From: Candidatus Thorarchaeota archaeon
Lineage (GTDB): Archaea; Asgardarchaeota; Thorarchaeia; Thorarchaeales; Thorarchaeaceae
Assembly (NCBI GenBank): GCA_003345545.1
Contig: PRDH01000045.1
Location: 1 to 13,068 of the forward strand
Length of the DNA: 13,068 nt
Reading direction: 5' to 3'
Shown here: one piece after another, positions 6,712-13,068 of the stretch
How positions within the stretch are numbered: the stretch's first letter is position 1
Layout: every line of letters starts with the position of its first letter
Notes under the pieces: model-generated
What the model was told of the DNA's origin: nothing
Database searches by the model: none
The model's input: only the letters and a program-made list of their open reading frames with translations
Program-made: the position numbers and the translations under genes

Positions 6712-6868
6712 CTGTTTCTTCACTCCGAACAGACTCAATCGTACAAGACGAGCACACTCATCTGGAGTTTATAGATAGATGCAAATAGGCACTGCTGCAT
6801 CTTCGATGTGACTTCCGCCGCAGACTCCCCACATTATTGCAGACTGGCTAAGAAACGAATCTCCGATA

Positions 6869-7876
6869 CTATGATTGCCAGCCAGTCATTTCAATCCGGA
6901 TTACACTATCAAGAGATGCGCCACTTGCAGTGACGAGCTTGAGAGGCCATTCCGGCGGCAATAGTAGTATCTCATCAGCCCATCCAGCAATGACTATGTC
7001 GTTGTTGAAGGCAATCTCATAGGACGTGAAGTTGAGATAAGAACCAGTTTCGGACCAAACGGTGATTGTGTAATTCGTGGGAACCAGGCTATTGTTGAAG
7101 CTGTAGTGAATGTCGTTTCCACCATCCATTGATGATACAATCGTCCAGAGAGCAACACCTGCATAGAGAGTCCCGTTCAGGGTGATGCTCTTCCGATGAT
7201 GAGTACATGAACCCAGTGAGTAGTAGACATCATGTGTCATGTTCCATTCAAGTACTCCTTTCAGCTCCAAGGACCAAGGCTGCGTCCTATCGACGACTGA
7301 AATCTCTCTGATGTATTTTGCGAAAGTGTGTCCTGCAGACATGTAGTCACCATCAGGTCGCATTATGAGGCGAAGCGGACCACCGGTCTCATTTGAAATC
7401 GATTCGCCATTCTGTCTGTAGGCAAGAACCATCGTGAAGTTCTGAATTCCAATCGGTTCTGCTGTGGAGGAGTTGTATGCCTCTAATGAGCCCTCACACT
7501 CACTCACTGTGAAATATGTATCATAGCCATCACTACTCAGGATTCGAAGGCTGTAGTTTTCAGGCAAACTTCCAGTTCGTGAAAGCAGCTGTGCAAGAGG
7601 AATGCCAGTCCAATTAGAAGGATTCACAATTGTATAGGGGCTGGTACCAGTCTTGACGAATCCTGCAGAACATGTTATGCTTGGAAGGGAATACAGATCA
7701 CTCATGGTGTAGTTATCAGAAGAATCACCCACATTGATGGTGAGGACCAACTCTGTATCAATCGGTGTCTGTGGCTGCAGAAAGAAGACAACTGTCAGCG
7801 AGGCAACCGCAACTATGGCGATGATTGAAACGGCCAGTCCCGTACCTCTACTCAGACCGATAGGCATTGCGTTCAC
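6869..7876 (-). CDS. Membrane-anchored extracellular protein with two sulfite-oxidase/YedY-like (molybdopterin-binding oxidoreductase fold) domains
   Basis: N-terminal TM helix. Domain 1: WTGIPLAQLL, SSDGY, VLAYRQNG, GGPLRL, KYIREISV. Domain 2: YAGVALWTIV, IVIAGWAD, WPLKLV, VIRIEM. TATA-like TTTATGTA about 28 bp upstream. Confidence 0.7.
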   Translation of the reverse strand: MNAMPIGLSRGTGLAVSIIAIVAVASLTVVFFLQPQTPIDTELVLTINVGDSSDNYTMSDLYSLPSITCSAGFVKTGTSPYTIVNPSNWTGIPLAQLLSRTGSLPENYSLRILSSDGYDTYFTVSECEGSLEAYNSSTAEPIGIQNFTMVLAYRQNGESISNETGGPLRLIMRPDGDYMSAGHTFAKYIREISVVDRTQPWSLELKGVLEWNMTHDVYYSLGSCTHHRKSITLNGTLYAGVALWTIVSSMDGGNDIHYSFNNSLVPTNYTITVWSETGSYLNFTSYEIAFNNDIVIAGWADEILLLPPEWPLKLVTASGASLDSVIRIEMTGWQS

Positions 7877-7949
7877 CGATGTGTTCGGATGTGCATCTCG
7901 GACTACATAAATACCTTCGGATATACCAAGAACTGAGTGAGGTGTGCGC

Positions 7950-8174
7950 CTAGCCTAAGGGCTCCTCCGGAATGACTAATGCAGCGATGAGATAGCCAAG
8001 CAGTCCAACACCAACTGTAACCAGAGTGAGCAGGATCCAAATTATTCGTACGATTGTGGGATCAGTATTGAAGTATTTACCCAAGCCCCCGCACACACCA
8101 AGGAGGATCTTGTTATCACGCGAGCGATAGAGTCTTCCACCGCTGCCGCCAGATGGAGTCGGAATTTCTGCCAT
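7950..8174 (-). CDS. pspC: PspC domain-containing protein
   Basis: RLYRSRDNKILLGVCGGLGKYFNTDPTIVRIIW...YLIAALVIPEEP is the typical PspC signature. ATG at 8174; TTTAAAA box about 32 bp upstream. Confidence 0.92.
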   Translation of the reverse strand: MAEIPTPSGGSGGRLYRSRDNKILLGVCGGLGKYFNTDPTIVRIIWILLTLVTVGVGLLGYLIAALVIPEEPLG

Positions 8175-8244
8175 TACACCGCCACCCCACAATCCACTGG
8201 GGGGATTTTAAACATTCCCAATTCTGATGCTTGTCATCTCCAAT

Positions 8245-8556
8245 CTAACTGCTCTTCATGGTCAATGCCATACCCATTGCCACTCCCCCGACCGTGGAGA
8301 ACAGTGTCAGAATGATTATGTCTTCCAAACTCACGGCGAGTGGGACGTGTACCAGTGCCCAATATGCATACCAAAGAAATCCTGTGAGAACTAATGTCAT
8401 ACCAATCAGTGCAACACCCCACCTAAGTAGGCGGATTCTTCTTGCGAGGTCGTTTTTCTCCTTGAAACCGAGGACGATCAGTAGGGTCGCAATGATGGCA
8501 AGCATTCCCAGAATCACTGGAAGGCTTACGGAGTACATGACTGTCTGCAAATTCAA
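8245..8556 (-). CDS. Hypothetical membrane protein (3 TM)
   Basis: 103 aa with three hydrophobic segments; TTG start preceded by AGGAGG SD. Confidence 0.75.
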   Translation of the reverse strand: MNLQTVMYSVSLPVILGMLAIIATLLIVLGFKEKNDLARRIRLLRWGVALIGMTLVLTGFLWYAYWALVHVPLAVSLEDIIILTLFSTVGGVAMGMALTMKSS

Positions 8557-8660
8557 TCAATCCTCCTATGTATAGCTAGTGTGCCGAGTCCAGATATAGA
8601 TTACGAACGATTGAACAGTATTTCTGCCAGATCTTGAGCGCCCCTCGACTAGGGTATGTT

Positions 8661-9176
8661 CTATTGAAGATCACTCGAAGCTGGCGCGGCAGGTTGGGCT
8701 GTTTCGCCCTTTTTCTTCAAGCTATCGCGCAGGACTCTTCCAAGTACGCCTCCCACTGCTGCGAAGACAAACGATAGGGCATAGACAATCGGCGTGATGA
8801 CTAGCATGACGACGAGATAGAGAAGACCCACGAGTAGGACTTCTACAATATTCCCTTCGTACGTGAAAGAGAACATGCCTCGTATTGAGTAGATAAACAC
8901 GAATACAAACAGACTGAAGAAAGTCTGTTCAGTCCCGATCAAATCGACCATGACGAATGGGCCAATTAGAGCACCGATCAGGATGCCTATTACCCAAGAA
9001 GCAAGCGTACTCAGGAGCGCTAGGCCAAGCCCACCGGCAATGAGGCCGATGATGATAGCTATTGTGAATATGACCGGGACGGGACCCGAGATCATCGTTA
9101 ACCATCCAAAGACCAAATCAGAAACAAATAGGATTACACCTACGATAGTCGCGAGTATGAATTCCCATTTAGCCAT
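8661..9176 (-). CDS. Hypothetical membrane protein (about 5 TM, Gly-rich)
   Basis: Highly hydrophobic ORF with basic C-terminal tail; ATG 9176 follows GGAGA (GTG 9191 is an alternative start). Confidence 0.8.
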   Translation of the reverse strand: MAKWEFILATIVGVILFVSDLVFGWLTMISGPVPVIFTIAIIIGLIAGGLGLALLSTLASWVIGILIGALIGPFVMVDLIGTEQTFFSLFVFVFIYSIRGMFSFTYEGNIVEVLLVGLLYLVVMLVITPIVYALSFVFAAVGGVLGRVLRDSLKKKGETAQPAAPASSDLQ

Positions 9177-9361
9177 GTCTTCAATCTCCACGCACTAGCA
9201 TACGACGCAGATGCAGACTGCTAGTGGTTCGATAGTGTCACACTTTCTTATCAATTAGTTGTTTTTCCTGTTCGTGCCCAAGTTTCCAAGGATTTATAGC
9301 AGGGGCTACCATCCTATAGCGACCATAACTCGAGCATGCACAAGTCTTCAAGGTGTGGTAC

Positions 9362-10072
9362 ATGACTAAGGTTCTGGCCATAAATGGCAGTGCACGCATG
9401 GAAAAGGGATACACGAAGAGACTGCTGAATGCATTTCTTGAGGGAATGAAGGAAGCAGGCGCCGCAATCGAGCTCGTCTATGCAAAACGGCTCAAGATCA
9501 GACCGTGCTTGGGTGATTTTCAATGCTGGTTTGAGAAGGTCGGCGAATGTATCCAGGCTGATGACATGCAAGACCTCTATGTCAAGCTACGCGAATCAGA
9601 TATTTTTGTTCTTGCTATTCCAGTCTACCTACCCCTTCCCGGAGAGATACAGAACCTGTTGAATCGGCTGATGCCAATTGTAGAACCTGTGCTTGAATTC
9701 CGAGATGGAAGAACGCGAGCACGGTTCCATGATGATGTGCGGATATCCAAGATTGTACTTGTATCAGTCGGAGGGTGGTGGGAAAAGGAGAACATGGATA
9801 GTGTGGTTCGAATTGTTGAGGGAATCGCAAAGGACGTTGGAGTTGAGTTCTCAGGTCCCGTCATTAGACCTCATGCATTTGTGATGGACAGGGAGAAGGA
9901 TAAGTCTGAAGAGATACTAGACGCCGCGAGAAGAGCTGGTGCTCAACTGGTCAGAGAAGGCAGGATGTCAGCAGAAACGTTGGACATAATTAGCCAGCCG
10001 CTCGTTTCTGAGGAAGACCTCAGAGATGAATACAACAAGATGTATCGTAAGGCAAAGGGTACCACACACTGA
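9362..10072 (+). CDS. Flavodoxin-family / iron-sulfur flavoprotein (Isf-like, NADPH-dependent FMN reductase fold)
   Basis: KVLAINGSARMEKGYT FMN-phosphate loop, IRPCLGDFQCWFEKVGECIQADDM cluster motif, SDIFVLAIPVY. AGGTG SD before ATG 9362. Confidence 0.9.
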   Translation: MTKVLAINGSARMEKGYTKRLLNAFLEGMKEAGAAIELVYAKRLKIRPCLGDFQCWFEKVGECIQADDMQDLYVKLRESDIFVLAIPVYLPLPGEIQNLLNRLMPIVEPVLEFRDGRTRARFHDDVRISKIVLVSVGGWWEKENMDSVVRIVEGIAKDVGVEFSGPVIRPHAFVMDREKDKSEEILDAARRAGAQLVREGRMSAETLDIISQPLVSEEDLRDEYNKMYRKAKGTTH

Positions 10073-10177
10073 AGAACATCTCCTCTTCTCATGAATGTCG
10101 CGTCCAGAGCGTATCCTGAAGACTCAACTGCGCATCCCGTCAGAGAGAATAAAAGCAAGAAACGAACGTGGCGTGTT

Positions 10178-11212
10178 ATGGAACCAGTGCTGCGTTTAGG
10201 CGACTCTGTATTCTCAAGGATCAATACCTCTGCCGATTTCACACGCCTCCTCAAGGATAACTTGCCGGACTCGGATTCACTCATCGTCAAAGCAGACTGG
10301 GTCGGAATCGAAGAGGGCTCCGCGATGAACCTTGAAACCCTGCGATGTATCGTAGACGCCGCCCAGGGCAGGGTCATCGTCACAGAAGGACACCTCCTTC
10401 ATCGGTCGATGGAGCTGGAGCCGAAAGGCCTGAAATTCATCGCGGACGGAGAGGAGGTAGACTGGGACTGGCTCATCAACAACAACATGGGTTGGAGATG
10501 GCTCATTAGAAATCCTGACTGGGGCTGGTTCATAGAAGGGCCTCATTGGAAGCACATAATGAAGGAGGAGAAGCACTTCCTAGGGAAGTACGGCTACCTC
10601 GACTTCTTCAAGGAGAACGGTGTTGAATACGTGAATGCGACCGACGAGGTCTGGGCGGGGAAAGTCGCAGATGAACGGATTGTAAGAGAGACCGTCGAGT
10701 CCAGATTCCCACCTGTTTTTACTGACAAGCTGTACGGCATCGTTCCGGCGAGGCTATTCAAATACCGTGGCGCCCCCCTCATCAGCCAGAGCAAGCGCAA
10801 GGACTACCAGAGCTTCACGATGAAGAATCTATTTGGTCTCATACCTGATCCTGTAAGGGCATGGTGGCACGGCGGTCGCACGCGCCAAGGGACTGAGGCG
10901 AGGCTGGACAAGAGCATACTCGACATGAACAAGATCTACGGGGCTCTCTTTGAAGTCGTAGGAGTATTCGAGGCACCTCATAGCGATGGATCAAATCCTT
11001 TCACTCGGGATGTGGGGATAAGCGCAGGTATTGCCCAGCTGGATGCAATACTGAGTCGCGTGACGGGGTACGAGCAAGAAAAAACAGCCTATATCTCATC
11101 AGGGAACAGCATGTTCGGGTTTTTTGACAACGGGCTGCTCAAGAAGGCAGAATCGCAACTAAGCGGCTGGTTCCCAGCCCCCAAAGAGAAGGCTTTTTTT
11201 AGCAAGGCATAG
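10178..11212 (+). CDS. DUF362-like protein
   Basis: LIVKADWV (equivalent to vliKPN), VIVTEG, VEYVN, SFTMKNLFGLIPD, AQLDAILSRVTG match the DUF362 pattern. ATG 10178 preferred over 10091. Confidence 0.7.
   Translation: MEPVLRLGDSVFSRINTSADFTRLLKDNLPDSDSLIVKADWVGIEEGSAMNLETLRCIVDAAQGRVIVTEGHLLHRSMELEPKGLKFIADGEEVDWDWLINNNMGWRWLIRNPDWGWFIEGPHWKHIMKEEKHFLGKYGYLDFFKENGVEYVNATDEVWAGKVADERIVRETVESRFPPVFTDKLYGIVPARLFKYRGAPLISQSKRKDYQSFTMKNLFGLIPDPVRAWWHGGRTRQGTEARLDKSILDMNKIYGALFEVVGVFEAPHSDGSNPFTRDVGISAGIAQLDAILSRVTGYEQEKTAYISSGNSMFGFFDNGLLKKAESQLSGWFPAPKEKAFFSKA
10460..10555 (+). repeat. Degenerate in-frame tandem repeat (27-30 bp, 3-4 copies) encoding WxW(L/F)I units
   Basis: gactgggactggctcatc (10460), ggttggagatggctcatt (10490), gactggggctggttcata (10517), cattggaagcac (10544). 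Confidence 0.65.
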
Positions 11213-11366
11213 GTAGTTTAATTGGAGGAGTCAGCCAATCAGATGAATGGCGCTTTTTCGGAGCAGGCCATGAATTCATTCAATGCGGTTATCAAGATAT
11301 GCAGCAATCTCTTGACCAGATCAGTATAACTGGCAAAGAACGTAGAAATGATTAGGAGTCGTTCCG

Positions 11367-12320
11367 ATGACACACAAGAATCTCAAATCCCTCCCCATGA
11401 TAGTCTTCTCTCTCGCCTGTTTGGGTGTGGCGATGTGGGTGGTCAACATCATCCTCACTAATTTCGTGCGCGCAATTGGAACTGACGCGTCAACCTATAG
11501 TATCTTGCCATTCAGACTTGGTTCAGTCGATGCTGATGTCACTTGGCTCATTACGTACATGGTGCCTTTAGCTGGAGGTGTCTATCTCCTCACATCATTG
11601 CCACTGGCAGCAATCATGCTCATAGCAACCAGGGTCATGAAGAGTCCTGCATATGATATCGACATAGTGAGAATAGGGACTGAATTTGGGTCCCTTCGCA
11701 TGATTAGGAGAGCCTTCATTCCGGCGCTCTTCTCACTATCAATGGGCGGAGCAATTTCAGGACTCGTGAAAGACCTCCTCTATACTGAGCCAGCATCAAT
11801 AATGGATTCGGTGAGACCGACCTATCTGCCTCTTACATCAGTGGTAGGCGCTCTCGTACTCCTACCCGTTGTCCTAGCCTTCTTTGCCCCGACATGGATC
11901 CTGAATGACTCGGGAATCGTGATGCATCTAAAAGACAAGGAACTGAAAATCAGAAAGTGCCCTGATACGATAGGCGTTGGACGCTGGTGGAGCAATCTAC
12001 TCGGGGGATTCACTCTATTCATGGTTCCAGTGGTCACCTTTGTTCAGTACTTCTATAATCCAGTAGTCATCCACAACCAGCTGCTCAATTCCGATTTCGT
12101 ATTCAGGGCTCTGCTCAACGCAGTTGGCATCCCACTACTTGCGTTGGCGTTTGTGCTTCCTCTCATAGTCTTCCATGAGATTCTGGTTGGAGGTATGAAA
12201 CATGGCATCCTGAGCGTAGCAAGAAGGCTCGGAGCAAGAGAGATGGAGCTGGAAGAAGTCCTGGTCCCAGCCGAGAATCAAGAGGATGAAGAAGATTCAA
12301 CCATTTCCCCAACGGGTTAG
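11367..12320 (+). CDS. Hypothetical polytopic membrane protein (about 6 TM)
   Basis: 317 aa, multiple hydrophobic helices, WILNDSGI motif, acidic C-terminal tail; AGGAG SD. Confidence 0.8.
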   Translation: MTHKNLKSLPMIVFSLACLGVAMWVVNIILTNFVRAIGTDASTYSILPFRLGSVDADVTWLITYMVPLAGGVYLLTSLPLAAIMLIATRVMKSPAYDIDIVRIGTEFGSLRMIRRAFIPALFSLSMGGAISGLVKDLLYTEPASIMDSVRPTYLPLTSVVGALVLLPVVLAFFAPTWILNDSGIVMHLKDKELKIRKCPDTIGVGRWWSNLLGGFTLFMVPVVTFVQYFYNPVVIHNQLLNSDFVFRALLNAVGIPLLALAFVLPLIVFHEILVGGMKHGILSVARRLGAREMELEEVLVPAENQEDEEDSTISPTG

Positions 12321-12421
12321 ACTTCAGTAGCACAAATTCAATGCACCTTATATGCAGACGACTGCTAATCAAGGAAGGGTTCTAGTCAAGGACACAAACG
12401 AACAATACGGTTGTTAGAAGC

Positions 12422-13060
12422 ATGCCCGATACGAACGCAACGAGACTCGTTGCTTCAACATATGGTGTTCTTGTTGGATTGGCGGGCATAGAACACGGCT
12501 ACTTCGAACTACTACAGGGGGATATTGCGACGGGTGGAATAGTCATTAACGCCATAGGTCCAGCCTACCAGATGTGGCCTGGCGCAAGTGAACGCGCCCT
12601 GACAGTTCTGCCCACCTTTCTTTTGACAGGTTTCTTTGCAGTTCTCTTTGGTCTGCTGGTCACGATATGGGCAGCTGCGTTCATTAGCAGGAAGTACGGT
12701 GCTTCGATTCTATTCACTCTCGCGGTTATTTTGTTCCTGGTTGGTGGAGGCTTTGCGCCAATCTTCCTCACAATCTTAGGCAGTGCCACTGCAACAAGAA
12801 TCAACAAACAGCTGACATGGTGGCGCACGCGTCTCCCTGAGAGTATTCAGGGCGTCCTAGCAAAAGTATGGCCGTGGATTCTCATCGCTTTCGTGGTAGT
12901 CTTCTGGAGCACGGTCGTCATGCAAATCTTCGGGTTGGGCCTTGATGTGGCAACCACAACAAGCCTTGTGACAGCCCTCAGTGTTATTATGATTGCTCTT
13001 ATGCCACTCACTGTCATCTCCGGACTTGCGTATGATAGTCGGAACCAAGCAGACTCATAA
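12422..13060 (+). CDS. Conserved hypothetical membrane protein (about 6 TM)
   Basis: 212 aa; GLAGIEHGYFELLQG, WPGASERALTVLP, LFLVGGGFAP; double TAA stop. Confidence 0.8.
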   Translation: MPDTNATRLVASTYGVLVGLAGIEHGYFELLQGDIATGGIVINAIGPAYQMWPGASERALTVLPTFLLTGFFAVLFGLLVTIWAAAFISRKYGASILFTLAVILFLVGGGFAPIFLTILGSATATRINKQLTWWRTRLPESIQGVLAKVWPWILIAFVVVFWSTVVMQIFGLGLDVATTTSLVTALSVIMIALMPLTVISGLAYDSRNQADS

Positions 13061-13068
13061 TAATCTAT

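Noticed and set aside
6838-6850. TGCAGAC...GCTA motif recurring in spacers (6838, 9212, 12353)
   Set aside because: TGCAGAC also occurs several times inside coding regions of this window and the spacing varies, so it is probably background.
4507-10072. Selenocysteine (UGA read-through) with SECIS hairpins, suggested by the sulfur/redox context
   Set aside because: The TGA stops (nuclease, thioredoxin-like, lyase, flavoprotein) fall at natural C-termini rather than at Cys-equivalent positions, and no hairpin showed a convincing SECIS core.
1-13068. CRISPR array, tRNA/rRNA, transposase or integrase
   Set aside because: No regularly spaced repeats, cloverleaf, rRNA-like sequence or DDE/tyrosine recombinase motifs seen.

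Overview
A gene-dense, apparently archaeal window. The evidence is TATA-like boxes about 25-40 bp before starts, GGTGA/GGAGG Shine-Dalgarno motifs and archaeal-type protein variants; an Asgard/Thorarchaeia-like origin is an impression only. It holds about 16 CDSs, and I saw no rRNA, tRNA, CRISPR array or transposase. Left: a Zn-dependent alcohol dehydrogenase (partial, minus strand, absent from the ORF track) divergent from a tusA-iscS-iscU(-GNAT) operon. This operon is the main point of interest. The IscS homologue lacks the PLP Schiff-base lysine (SSNDLYGPKG instead of SxHKxxGPKG, as in the desulfurase-inactive Archaeoglobus fulgidus IscS) but keeps the mobile-loop Cys. The IscU is fused to a C-terminal domain resembling an isolated, degenerate NADPH-binding domain of thioredoxin reductase. 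Nearby are a Cys-rich thioredoxin-like protein and an intact PLP trans-sulfuration lyase that could supply sulfide. The rest encodes a PD-(D/E)XK-like nuclease, a wHTH regulator, a sequon-rich surface protein with two sulfite-oxidase-like domains, PspC, an iron-sulfur flavoprotein with a Cys-to-Asp cluster motif, a DUF362 protein with Trp-rich repeats and four membrane proteins. All calls come from reading motifs by eye; no searches were run.
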